Shown here one piece after another: positions 32,673 through 46,445 of a stretch of 64,000 nucleotides of DNA. Numbering within the stretch: the first letter of the stretch is position 1; each line of letters begins with the position of its first letter. The DNA comes from Lingula anatina. Lineage: Eukaryota; Animalia; Brachiopoda. Below the pieces are notes generated by a model that did not search any database, was not told where the DNA came from, and saw only the letters and a program-made list of their open reading frames with translations. The stretch covers positions 59,746,788-59,810,787 of the forward strand of contig CM120640.1 in assembly GCA_051362555.1 (NCBI GenBank), written 5' to 3'. Made by a program: the position numbers and the translations under genes.

Positions 32673-34032
32673 AGTAGTGAGGAAAAAAAAACAAGTTTCT
32701 TAAAGTCTGCTACCTTTTAAATAAGAAGAAAAAACACAATGAACTAAATTTTAAACCTTCGTAACTGTCGCTCGAAGCTCCGTCTCACATTCTCCGATCG
32801 ATGTTGTTTATTTCTTACTAAATTAGAAAACTTGCAACTTGCCAGAAAGCGAGTATGATATCTAAATATCGGAAATTGTCTAGAATGTTTATTTCAAATA
32901 ACCCAGATAGATAGATATTATATACTGCGTCATGAGCAGAGAGTAGGCTACAATTTTTACAATCCCAGAATATAGGCCTACAGCAAATATATAGACAGCC
33001 AACCTAGTAAAAACAAATTTATAATTTCGCTCATGCTAGCCACGTCAAGATGGGCTTAATAAAACGGTTACTCAAAGTAAACATCAAGAAAATAAACTGT
33101 TTACCACTAATTGTGTCAAACGCACACATCATGTGTGGGCCCGTCTCGCCAAAGATATCCCACCGAGCTAAAATCTAGCTCAGAATACTCCTGGCGTTTA
33201 CAGGTTATCATAGAGCAAAAAGACACAAGTTCATTATATAACATCAAACAATACTTTTAAAATAGTAAAGAGAGAGAGAGAGAGAGAAGTATTAAAATAT
33301 CAGGTTTGAATATTTTCATGTGATATGAGAAGGGCTCTCTTTTCTCAACATTTCTAAGTAAATATCAGCAAATATAAGTAACAACCCCAACGTTTATCTC
33401 CCCGGATCCCCAGAAGGTGGCGTTATAGTTGTAGTCCGTAATGTTATATCGAATGCTTGTGGTTTCCCATTTCTGTCAGTGAAATCACAATATTTTATAT
33501 TTTACTGCATGTACAGAGTGAAACGTCAACGTGGAACATTGCCCATCAGCAGCAAACGATGGACGAATAATTAAAGGTCGCAAATTAAACGGATCTATAT
33601 ACAAACATAATTTCGTAGATTGCAGGTAATTTAACATACGCACCAGATTTTAAAATTTGTAACGCTAATAACGTTATTATTTCATGTAAATGTAACCATA
33701 AAAGTAGAGATAATAATAATAATGAAGATGATGATGATGATATTTATAAGAATTTGTCTGTTTTCGGCATTGCGGTTACATGTTAAATTACATCTGTATT
33801 TGGTGTTGGTAAATAATATAATTGATGCATTTTGTGATTTACAAGATTTACTAACATAACCTGCATTGCAAAGCAAGATTTTTAAAAACCTGGAAATGTC
33901 AGAGACTGATTATTTTGAACTTCTAAGATACTAAGATACCCGGTACATGTATACAGGTATGATCTACATTTCCCATTTTCTTTAAATGCACTGTGAATTC
34001 TCATACTGTATTATTTGTTTCATCTTTCTAGG

Positions 34033-36678
34033 ATGTTCACTCTTCTGTCAGGTCTCTACAAGTACATGTGCCAGAAGGATGAATATTTTGTTGTGATCCT
34101 GGGACTTGATAATGCGGGGAAAACAGTAGATAGATTTCTTATTACATAATATTAATAATAGGCAGATCGACTACTGTTAGCATAGTTATCAGGGCTCATT
34201 GTAGCATGGTTAATTTAAGACTGAAAATGCTGTTATTTGGCTAAAAATTTTCAGATCAATTTATTTCCCTACCTTTTTATATGATGTGGATCAAAATTGT
34301 GATTTGTTGTTTGGCTAAAGAAAATTATATTCAGGAATGAGCCTGGTATATACCAATCTATGTACAGTCATAGTCACTTCAGTTTACGTATGAAGTATGA
34401 AACTCGGGATTTAACCCACGTTTGTGTGTGTGTGTGTGTGTGTGTTAAAACTGCACCTTCACAAAATGTCTTCACCTTATATTTGCTATTTACCTGATAA
34501 ATTAAGATCTAGAACTTATTGTGAAATTCAGCAATTTCTTCCTTGCGCACATTTTTACAAATACATGTATGTACTAGTATGGATATGGATTGTTTTAGAT
34601 ATTTAACCACATAGTGAAAGCATAATCTCTCTGTTATAATTTTCAGACATATTTAGAGAAAACCCAGACAGTGTTCAACAAAAATTACAAAGGAGTTAAC
34701 CTGAATAAGATTACCACAACTGTTGGTCTTAATAGTAAGTTGGAGCTTTTAAAATGTAGGTCATTTTGGCTAGATACTCTGGTAAAACAGTTATAACTGT
34801 ACATTTTTGAAAACATTGCAGTAAAAATTCAAAGAATTTGATTCAGATTGATTATCCACAGTTATATTTCTGTTCTTTGTAAGAAAAAAATGAAAAGTTT
34901 GCTCTAATTGAGAACCCACTATGCCTTTTAAGTTTCACTTTAAGGATTGATAAAGAGACTTTTCAATTCTATATTTTAGTTGGAAAGATAGATGTTAAAT
35001 CTGTACGCTTGAACTTCTGGGATTTAGGAGGGCAGGAAGAATTACAGTCACTTTGGGATAAGGTAACTTTTATTCCATTTTTTCTTGAATTTTTGATATC
35101 CGTACAATAAAAATGCCAACAGAGTTGAAAGTCAAGCCAGTTTCGATTTGGTTTGAATCAGAAGCCTGTTTGGGCTTCCTTGAAAAAGCATAGTTTTACT
35201 GTCTATAGTATGTCTCTCTCCTTTGTGTTGAAGGGCCTCTAAGAAAGCAACACTTAACATAAAGATGATATAAGTTGATGGCTCATTTTAAAATAATTTA
35301 ATTAATGATACTAAACAGATTTGATAATTTTCAGTATTATGCAGAGTGCCATGCTGTTATCTATATGGTGGATGGAGCTGACAGGGGAAGGATTGTGGAG
35401 TCCAAACAAACATTTGGTGAATACTTAGTACAACAATATTATTGAACTTTCATTCTTTTTATTAAATGATGTAATGAGTGTTTGAGATAACTAGTGTTTT
35501 TTTATATTTTGGACAAAAATGATTTTTATCTGTGCAATAAGATAACATCATGGAGTCGAAAATTTTATATTAAAAAATTGTCTTAAGATTTTCTGAATGA
35601 AAGGGTTGTCCCATTGATAAAGATATTCAGAATTTCAAAGTTTGTAGGTCCATAGAGCAATGATAGCTTTGCACCATAATATTGCCAAAGACTCCAAAAT
35701 TCAATTTCTGATTATCCATTTTAAGTTTCATGTCTTAATAGCTTGTCAGAAGTCCCAAAATCAATGCTTTAATTATTTAACAAAATTGTGTTTTATATGG
35801 TGAAAATGAAGATAGTTTTACCAAACAGCCTATCAGTTTTATGACATGATATATTTTTGTGTTTCAGACAAAATGATTACTAGTAGTGCTCTAGACAGTG
35901 TTCCATTACTTGTGGTTGTAAATAAACAGGATCTAGAGGTAAAGAATCAGGAGAAATTGACTTCAAAATTTAAGAAATTTTTAATTGTGCTTTTTTGATT
36001 TAATTTTTTTTATTTACTGTGCGACTTAATAGGAAATGTTGTGCATGCTGCTGTGATGGGACATACATTTGATGTAATTTGTCTTTTGTGTAGGGATTTG
36101 ATCTTTTGATTTTCCACTTTTTCAGGAATGCATGAGTGTGGCAGAAGTGAAAGAGGTGTTCAACACAAGTGCCCACAAGATTGGGCGGAGAAGCTGCCAT
36201 TTGCTTGGGGCAAGTGCATTAAATGGGTAAGTTAAACTTTTTTTAGATTAAGTTTAATATGTAAATGCCATGCAAAAGTGAAAAAAAAAACAATCACAAT
36301 TTTAAACTGTTGGTTTTCTACAGCTCATTTTAAGTCAGGTAGGTTTGGTGAAGTTGATGACATCTTTCACCTTAAAGTAATGAGACTCATCTCAACCTTG
36401 GACTCATGAAACACTAGGCATAGTACACTGGGTCCAAGTCTGAAGAAATGGTATTTTCAAGCAAAGTTGATAAGTTGCAGAGTTGGAAATAGCCTGATTA
36501 CCAATGTAATTAAAACTTATTCCGGACTGATTTAACTTTTATCAATCTCTTTTGTCTCTTATTATTACTTCCACATGGGTATTTCAGTGAGGGAATAGAT
36601 GAGGGCATTCACTGGGTAGTGACTGCAGTGGAGGCAAATAGCCAGAGGAGACCACCCACAGAAAAAGAGATCAGTTAA
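34033..36678 (+). CDS. ARFRP1: ADP-ribosylation factor-related protein 1 (absent from ORF track because of short exons)
   Basis: Exons approx. 34033-34125, 34648-34734, 34980-35061, 35335-35416, 35868-35938, 36127-36227, 36588-36678. Translation MFTLLSGLYKYMCQKDEYFVVILGLDNAGKT..KITTTVGLN..FWDLGGQEELQSLWDKYYAECH..NKQD..SALNGEGIDEGIHWV..PPTEKEIS. Confidence 0.95.
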
Positions 36679-39544
36679 TGTGATGGCCTGAAAAGAAGCT
36701 TTCTTGGTTGTTCATGCATGGTGACAGAGTTGACCATGACTTCCAGTGCAATAACACATTCTCGTTGATGTCAATAAGGGTCAACTTCAATGTGATAATC
36801 AAATGAAAAAAACACTTTGACCCTTACACTGGATGGCCTACTACAGAATCTGAAAAAGCTTTTTATAGTGAGACAGGTTATGACATAGAACGTTATAGAT
36901 GGCTTAAGACTCTTTTACACTGGACTTGCAATCACTTGGAAAAAGAATTTTGGTAAACTCTCATCAATGTGCAACAAAGGAAGAGGCTGTAATTTTATTG
37001 TTCATTAAAACTGATGTATGAATTTGATGTTGAATATCAAATATGAAGAGGGGTGAGAGTGGAAATATATGTGTAATGAGTGGACACAAGCCCAATGTAA
37101 CGGGGGGGGGGGGGGGGGGGGTTCAATTACAAAAATTCAAATATGGACCCAAGTGGATGAGAAAAATAAATATAAATTGACTTTTCATTATATCTATGGA
37201 GAACAGGAATTATTAAAAGCTGACAAGCATGCAGCAATTTTAAACATGCACTTTTGTCTAATTATTTCTCAATCAAATTGTTAAACATTAAAAAAATGTA
37301 TATTTAATAAAGGATGGGAGTGGACAAATTTGTTGGTGACCATGCACATTTAGTTACACCATATAAAATTTGGAATATTTACCAATAGGAAAGGTGGGTT
37401 TGGTTAGTAAGGCAATATTGGTTTTATAGAGTTGAGGGTACGTAGGTAAAGTTCAGGAGACCACAAAAGATTAAGATGTACAAAGGAGTTGGGGTCCTGC
37501 TTACAGTTTGCTTGTTTTACGTTTTTTCTTTTTAATGGGTTGTTCAAGTTTTAAAATCAATTTGTGAACAGTGAGGGGCTGAATAAAATACTGATACACA
37601 CAACAATGAATCAAATAAAATGTACAATGGATTCAAAAGCTATTGCTGATGACAAACTTGTTCTTTTGACAAAATGTGTTCGTTTCTGTTCAGTGTAAAA
37701 TATAGTTTTGAGTAGGGTAAATGGATTTTTTAAAGTCTACGCTTATAATTACTTTATTTCAATATTTATTTGTTTAATGTAGGAAATAATCATGGTTACA
37801 AAAAACAGGAGCTGCAGCCATTATTTCAGTTTTATTCAGTTATGATGTCCGAATTTATTTATGCAAAGGAATTACCACAAGCTAAAAAAACATACTACAA
37901 GGATGGAAAAGGCAATTTAACCAAAGAACTAGTATTTTGCAGGTCAAACAGACAACTGTTGATATGCACTAGTAAAATTGCTGAAGACTAGAAAATTCTG
38001 GGCTTCTTTTTCATGTCAAAGTTATTTCTGGTATATTTTAAAGTAAAATACTGCTAACAGTTGTAAACAAATGTAAAGGTTTTGTAAATGATATATTTAT
38101 TGTTGTATTGTTAATAAAAATCCATACACACACAGTTAAAGGTATTATGGTAAATATATATACGTATGTATAGAAAAATGGTTTACAAAATAATAACAAA
38201 GCACCTTTTCATTACAGTTTATCTACAGCTTATTGATTATCTTACCTAATATGTGCAAAAAAAGTTGTTCCCAAAACAACTTATTATTTACTAAAGTGCT
38301 TGTATGATAAAGACAAATAATATTAAAGACAATAATTTGTAGAAAATACTTCAGAACAATTCTGAAATTTGTTGTTAAGAGTAACAGAAGCAAATTACAA
38401 AAAAAATTCAATTGACAAGTATCAATTAACAAGACTCACCAAGACTAACTGTTCATGGCAATTAACTTTATGTAAATGAAATAAGCTCTAAAACAAATTA
38501 AAACATTACATGACTAACAGCAATTAATTTTCAATTACGGAGAATAGGTATTTGGTACATGAATATGTATTCTTTACGATTTTATCTTTTGCATGATACC
38601 CAAGCATAAAATGACACGATTTATATAATTTTGAGCATGACAGTTTGTATGGCATACCGTTCATGGAGTGCAATAATAATAAACTCACAACACAATGTAC
38701 AAAAATATTTGAAAACTGTATACAGTTTCAGTAGGAATAAAATGATACTTCTCCATAAAAACAGGAAAATATTGTCTTCCTTAAAAAAAATTTACCCCGT
38801 ATTGCACAAGGAATACCATTTTACATTTTAGAATTATTAAAGAAGACATTAATGGGAGGATTAAAATTTAAATTAAATGTAATATCCATGGGACAAATGG
38901 ATGTTGAACATGACTGATCTCTTCTTATGAATCTGGCAATAACATTTTTATAATATAATTTGTCATTAGAAGTATACAGTATTGTTTTAATGTGGTAAGA
39001 AAGAACTAATACTAGTTTTTTTTTTTCCACAAAGATAGCTGAAGACAAATTTGTTTGATCAGGAAATTAATGTGATTCTGCCTTCTTTCCCTAGGAAAAG
39101 TGCACAAGTAAATCCATGAGGAGGAGGTGGGGAGACCATTAGGGGATTAGGCTGTGTTGCTTTTAAGTGGGTCAGGCTGTATTAACTGATCCATGGATCA
39201 TCTGTTCTGAACGCGGCCTATGGCACTCAAGATAAAATTAAATAATATCTGAAAGTAAGACATACAGATCTTTTTCTAAGAATCGGATATAGGGTAAGGA
39301 TATACAATTGACTTGACTTTCAATGTATGGCTTATCTGTCAATAATTGCATTAAAAGATTCCAAACTTTGTCAGGAAGGAGGCAGGAATGTTTGAAATAC
39401 AAAAAAAGAAAATTTACAAGGAGCCCCTTCAATCTTTGACAAGTTGCAAAACTTAAAAAAAATTACATTTAAAGACACAGTACAAAATGAACTTCTTTCG
39501 AGCATTCCACCAAGTCCTACCACTAATGAATCATTTTTTCTCTC

Positions 39545-42500
39545 CTACTTGTCCCCAAACATAGACAGTGCCTTTGCAACTGTTTCAGGTCTTATGGCCA
39601 CAAGAGACTGGTGTGCTTGTCTGGTTTTTCTAAACTTAGTGTCATCTTTTAAAGGTGTCCTCCTCTTCCTGGAGATCTCCTCCCCAGCAAATGCCACACC
39701 TTTTTTTATCATACCTCCTGCCACCAGTGCACTTGATGAGGGTTTGACATTTTCTTTACCTACACTGAGAGAGTCATTTATCTTCTCACCAACCATGTCA
39801 TTATTGGAATTCAATTTTAGCTGAGTATCATTTTCTCCACTGACCTTTTTGCCTGCACCGATCTCTAGATTCTTAAAGAGTAGTGATTGCACAGCAGTTG
39901 ATTGCCTAGACTTTTGTAATTGTGAAGCTGCAGGGGAGTTGCATCTACTTCCAACTACGTTCTGTAACTGATTTTCATGCCCCAGAGCATCTAGTCTTTC
40001 ATTAGAATGAAATCTTTTTGTCAAGGATGTCATATTGTTGGCTCTGCTTAATTTTCTGTCATCACATGAAAGATTTTCAGAGGAGCAGTGAAAATTTCTT
40101 GGAACCCGAGATGGAAAACTTTTTGCATGAGGTTCAACAGTATTGCAAGATGCTCCTTCTTTAATTATCAGTTTAGGAACAACTTCTGTTGGTTTCCCTT
40201 GTGCATTCTTGCACAACCCTGAAGAAGCTGGAGGTGTGCACACTATGCTATAGAGAGACGATTTCCGCTTACCAGACATTAATCTAACATTGGTTGCCTT
40301 TTCACCCACAGGGGCGTAACTCTCCGTTTTGGAATGTATTTCAGACTCATTGGGAAGCATGTTTTCAGAGGTCACACACAATTCCAATTCAATAGGAAGG
40401 GATTGCTTGCTAGATTCTGTCAAAGCTATTTCCAATTTTGGGCAAGATTCAACCTCATTTAATTGTGTTACCTGTGGAAATTTCTCTATATCAAGACTCT
40501 TTGAGTAAAAACTTTCATGTTCAATCCCTTTGGGTTTTCCTTGACACTGAAGCTTATCTGAAAAGGTTTGATATTTTGTACTGGGCACTGAACCAGGCCC
40601 ACTGAAGGGAGGCAATGGCTCAGGCATTTGGGACACTAATGTTTCTCCTACATCACTCTTCACCCCTACCTCAGGACCCTCATTAGGTGGGAGAGATTCA
40701 GTAACCTGCCTCTCATTACAAATATTGCTCAAATTTACTACTGTGCACTTTTCAGCCATTTGGTGTGGAAGTGTACTCGTGTTTTTATCATGGGCAAATT
40801 TACTCTCAGGATTTGTAATTTCCACTTTTCTCAATGTGATACAACCATCACTTTCCGAACTAACTTTCAACTGTGATTCAATTTTATTTACTCGATTACT
40901 AAACATCTGAACCTCAGGCGACTTGTCTTCTGTCATTTTTATGCCTTCATGCCCATCCAGGCCAATACAGGGACCATCTGGAGGTTGACCACAACTCTTT
41001 TCCTGCAGTAAACCAGGCATACAATTTTGTGATAAGCGATTTTTATCGTCTTCTTTCAGACTGCAATTCGAACCATTTCCCTGAAAGCTTTCATCTGTTA
41101 CTAGACTTAATACAGTATCTTGGGGTCTAAAGCAACCATGGAGTCCAAAACCAAGTTTGGTTCCTCTAATAAAGTGTTTTTCTGAAGCATCTCTGTCTTT
41201 GTCCGACCCATTGTCTCTCTCACTGCAGTTTTCAGAATGATTACTTTGCCCAATGCCTATTTGGTCATTTTCTAAAGAATCCTTAAGTGGTGAGTAGTCA
41301 CTAAAAGAACTATTTGCTGACTGTCTTTTCTCTATCTTGGCACATGTAGGTCTAGTGGTTTTCAGTGTCATCCTTCTAATGATACCAGATGCTGGGTCTC
41401 CAGATGGCTTGTTATAATCATCACAGTCTGTAGATTCTATATCTGCAGAAGTATCAGCAGCACATGGGTCTATAGGCCCAGAGGGATGACACAATCTGTA
41501 GTACATTAGCATACACATTAGACCTGGAATAATACAGTGCAATGATTATTTATTTATTTTATGCACCATCTGTGGTAATTGAATGGATGACTGCACTGAA
41601 AACTGATGTGATCCAAGTACCTTTTGTTACTAGAAGCAAATACTGAACATCTTTTCCCCCAAATACCACTGTACATATTTATTAATGGAATACGTCTGAT
41701 TTTCTTTGGCTGTGATGTATTGTTTCTTTTAATCCCACTCAGCAGTGCTGGTGTATAATGACATCATTAAAGGTCTACAAAGTGGTGACCACAAAGTTAC
41801 TGGCTGATAAACTGACACACTAAACCTTAGATTGAACGACGAATATCCTTAAAAAACACCAGCAACTGGCACCTTTTTATATTATTACAACATTCATTAT
41901 CTATCACCTGGATTGCTTTAATTTTTTGTCACCCCTGACAAAGAAAAGGAATCTCACCTATAGTGAAGGCCACAGGTACCGCACCAAGTAGAAACTGATC
42001 ATACCACCTTTCTCTGATTCTGAACAAGTACCAAGCTGCCAGTAAAGCACAGTTTTCCAGTAGCATGACAGTGTAAAAACCCAGCATTCTCCACCTGCTC
42101 TGACCTTCCTGCAAAGATACCCAAATATCTTTCAGTTTAGAAAATCTTAGCAAAAGCCTCGCTATATTTAAAACCAGGTGGTTTGGTCACAGCTTATTAC
42201 TCAACTGGTATCTGCATAAAACGTGAGAAATATACATTTATTCCAACATTTATTCCAAAATATTTCAACATACTATTTCTGTTTAAGAGAAGTTATATGA
42301 GCCATGGAAAATTTTCACAAACTTCTTATTGTACAATGTGTCAATAACCTTGAGGTTAAAGAAGCAGAAGCAGTATATCATGCCACAGATACAGTTGAAC
42401 AATTTCTCTTCCCACCAACTTTGGCAAAAGTCTGTTTTTTGGAGAATGATCCAGATTGTCATCGTCAGCCAGTGGACACCTAGAAAAGTAAAAGGGGGAG

Positions 42501-45331
42501 AACTATTAATATCTCAGGACTTTCATGTTTGACAAAACTAAGATCGACTGCAAATAAGTAAGAATCATAATACAGTGGTGCAACTAAAATGAATTAAATT
42601 GAATGAATGGGGCAATTATTTAGTTTTTCATAAAGGGCATGATGATAATTCTAAAAGACCAATTCTTATCAACATCTTTATAACAATTTTAAAAAACAGT
42701 TACGTTCACAAAAAAGGACAAAAAAATGCTTTTTTAATATTGTAAAATCTTTCTAAAAATAATAAAGTGCAACTGAAAACTGAAAAAAAAAAAAAAATTG
42801 ATGAACTCTACCTAACACCAGGATCAACCAAGCCTGATAGACAGAAGCAAACATGACCAGAGCAATGACTCTGGCTGACACCATGCCAATTCTCCATATA
42901 GTCTGTAAGATCATGCCTGGCCAGAAGACTCTGTAATTATCCTGGTGAGCCTGGCGCATGGCTTTAGTATAGGCTGCTATGGCCCACGCCAATGATATAA
43001 GAGATATTGAGGCAGAACAACCTGGAATAAAAATAAATACATTGAATTATTTGATGCTTGGCACAACTGCCCATGATTATACAATAATGCTATTAGATTC
43101 AAATACTAGTAGATAGGAGCAAGTACCATACAGTGCATCCAGAACAGTGAACTAACAGATCCACGGATCAAATATGGCAACCCACTTGAATGCTTGTTGG
43201 GTTATCACTGCGGGGAATCTATTCAGCATCTAATCTGGAATTAACCAGCAAGCTTTTCAGTGGGTAGCCATATTTGATTTGCAGATCTGTTAGTCCACTG
43301 TTCTGTACGCACTCAATGTCTGTAATTATCTCTATAATCATATGACCAAATCCATGCTTATGTCACAGATACCACTGCCTTAACTTTAATTATTTTGGTA
43401 TCAACATTTTAAATCATAAACACATACACTGTATGGCATTATATATCTTTAATTTCAATGGTATTCACCAAAATAAAGGGGTGGAACAACTAATTATATT
43501 TATTCTTGAACAGGCTGAAACTGACCTGTTAGCCAATTTGTATGATCAGTATATACCATGATGTATAACTGGAGTAAAAGTTGGGGTGCAGACTCAATAA
43601 AAGACTCAAACAGCCGTAACATGCATACGTCATTCTGTCTGTGATAATATATGTCAAAGTCTTCAGGTTCATGGGTCATCCTTGCCCTCCAACCTGCCTT
43701 GAGCACCATGACATATCTGAAATTATTAAAGAACAATACTTAAATATTGGGGTAAAGGGTATTTAAAAAAGAAAAAAAAAAGCTTATCTTTCAAATACAT
43801 TATTACTTTTATCACACACTGATGTAGATTTTTAATACTTATCAATTAAAAAATAATCAAAGGCCGCATTCAGAACATATGATCCCTGGACTAACTGGTC
43901 CACAGATCAAATATGGCCGACCCCACTTGAATATAATCCCCTATGAGCCCCCCTAGTCAGAGACCATTAGGAGATTATTCTTCATCCTTTTGAAGTAGAT
44001 TCCACCATATTTGATCCGCAGATCATCTGTTCTGCAAGCAGCCAAAACTCCTCATTTACCTGTGAATTGGGCCCATAAGTAGAAAGTGTATAGTCCAGTA
44101 GAAACAGCCTTTCATATTGTCATCTACTATGTGCCACCGTATACTGAACACCTGCATTACTATACATGGTACAACTACAAAAGCTAGCGTCAAGGATCCC
44201 CAGATAGGTTCATTGCTGCTGAAATAATGAAACCCAACCCACAAATCTGAAAAGGAACAAATGCGTAGCATCACCTTACTTATAAAAATGTATTCAATTT
44301 GTCCAAAATCAATACAATCAATTCTAAATAAAGTACATTATTATTTAGGTTGTGAATACAAATACTCAAGTTAAGATACCATATAAGCATAATCTTTTAC
44401 CATATCTTAGGTAATATTTTTAGGATTATTTAATAACTGTTCACTAGTAAACCTTGATTACTAGTTAATATAATTTCTTGCATTTGCTATACATCCTTGC
44501 CTCAGTTTTTGTTCCAAATTTAAAAATTGAAATGGTTTATTCATACTCAAATACGTGGTTATCTGTGTACAAAATTCCAGTTTCTAGCTTAATTAGAAAA
44601 AAATTCATGCTTGGAACATAACAGACCATTTCCAGACCCTATCGTACTAACTGTGGATCGATCGATCTCCGAGGGGATTCCCGCTTAATTGCAATCAACT
44701 GAAGCAGCTTAGATGTCTGTCACGCCTACTGAAGCTGCTAAAGGATGGTTTTAATTACCCCCTATCAGCTTCAGTAGGCGTGACAGACACCTAAGCCGCT
44801 TAAGTTAATTGCAGTTAAGCCAGATTCCCCTAAGAGATAGTTCAATCCAAAGTAAGTACGATAGTCTCTGGGAATGGTCTAAGACTGGATTCCCACAGAT
44901 TTAGATCGATCCATCTGGATCGACCTAACTCCCTGGGGGCTCACGCTAAATTGCTGTCAGCCGAGCGCGCACCATAGTTAATTACCCCCTTTCAGGTTTT
45001 AGTAGGCGGGACAGACATTTAAGCCGGCTAATCTGACAGCAATCTAGTGAGACTCCCCACGGGGATATATCGATCTAAAATCTATGAGAATGCTGTCTAA
45101 CATTACAAACTTATTCATGAACCTACCTGTGGCCATGTCAACGAGAAAAGTTCCCATAGAAAATAATACAAAAGCGGCATCAAACAGAGTAAAACTCGAA
45201 TATATTCTTCTATTCTTATCATTTTCACAAGCTGTTTTCTCTTTTTCATGATTACGTTGATTAAATGAGGTGTTCACGTCCAATTTATCACCCGAGTTCT
45301 TATCTGGGAAGTTCGTTTTTCCCGCGGCCAT
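39545..45331 (-). CDS. XK-related protein (phospholipid scramblase family) with a long C-terminal tail
   Basis: Exons approx. 45331-45128, 44246-44060, 43716-43526, 43021-42812, 42479-42350, 42109-41958, 41523-39545. Motifs LRLFESFIESAPQLLLQLY, SARVIALVMFA, FCFFNLKEGQSR, ENCALL, YYRLCHP. Confidence 0.92.
43132..43313. mobile_element. Hairpin MITE; relatives at 43861-44043 and a partial end at ~39180-39219
   Basis: Arms AGTGCATCCAGAACAGTGAACTAACAGATCC..ATCAAATATGGC and GCCATATTTGAT..GATCTGTTAGTCCACTGTTCTGTACGCACT. Relatives end in GGCCGC(A/G)TTCAGAAC, which is Harbinger-like. Confidence 0.7.
44623..44880. mobile_element. Near-complete palindromic MITE
   Basis: AGACCATTTCCAGA..TGTCTGTCACGCCTACTGAAGCTG mirrored by CAGCTTCAGTAGGCGTGACAGACA..TCTGGGAATGGTCT. 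Confidence 0.75.
44890..45090. mobile_element. MITE related to the adjacent palindrome; inverted copy at ~54600-54813 in a malectin intron
   Basis: CACCATAGTTAATTACCCCCTT, AGTAGGCGGGACAGA and CTAGTGAGACTCCCCAC occur reverse-complemented at ~54630-54770. Confidence 0.75.
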
Positions 45332-46445
45332 TTTGAACAATAAACAAATTTATATCAGCCAGCTTTCATGACAATCCGCTAGAGGGCACTTGTTTTTTTT
45401 TTCTCCAAGTACTTGCTGTCAGCGTGCAATTATCCAAGACAAGACATCATGCACCAGTCTAAGTAAGAATGCCAGGTTACATCAGAATATTTTCAGGGAA
45501 GCTTTCATCTCATATTGTTGATACTGGTTATTCAGAATTACTTTTAAAAACAAAATTGTTAATCAATTACTTCAGAATAACTATAGAGCAGCTGTTGTCA
45601 TATTAGCATTCATTTCTTGACAAAGGCACACAAGTATAATTCCTACTAAATATTTAAAGGCAGTTTATCTTTGTTTATTAGAGTCACCCCTGAGGTAAAG
45701 ATACAGGTAAAGGTTGTATATAGCCTGATTTCTTCAAATAAAGGAGATCACCCAGCTTTACAGTTTATGCCAGGTCTCTGGTCAATTCTGAACTGAACCT
45801 GTCCTTTGGGAGCATATAATCCAAGCAACAGATTTGTGGTACTCAAAATCATCATCCTCAATTACCAGTACTGCCATGACCAGGTCTTTGCTCCCTGCTG
45901 AATTCTCTGTATGCTCAGAGATAAACAAGGAAACCATGGGTACCATTTACATAATGTTCTTCAGTATATCAGGCTGTGGGAATTACCTGTCCCAAAGACA
46001 CTCTACCAGTAGAGCCCTCGGGCCAGTGCCAGTTGGAATGCAAGACACAACTTTTCTGCAGGTATGTAAATGAATCACTCCATGATAAAATTAATTTTAC
46101 TTGATCCAATACTGCTTTAAATTTGGTAAATGACAAGTTCATACAGAATCCAATTTCTAATGGGTTTCACATTATATTCTGGTGATAAGAGCAGGATCCC
46201 TCTTTATAATATTGTACAAACTACTAAAGTTACAAGTTCATCAACTAAAAGTAGTTTACGGGGGTTTCCATGTTTTTTTCACCAGTGCTTTAAGTGCCTC
46301 ATGATTCACATATCCCACCTTACAACCTGTATGTACAACTTCACTTTCAATACACAGTTCTATATATTCCCCAGATTTTCAAATAGTATTAGGTTTTTAA
46401 AATGCTTAGTAAGTTTTGAGATAAAACAAAAACAATATATGAAGT

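Noticed and set aside
45700-46075. Coding-looking stretch between XKR and SGF29 (ORF 45834-46073)
   Set aside because: No recognisable motif or consistent splice frame; more simply SGF29 3'UTR or intergenic sequence.
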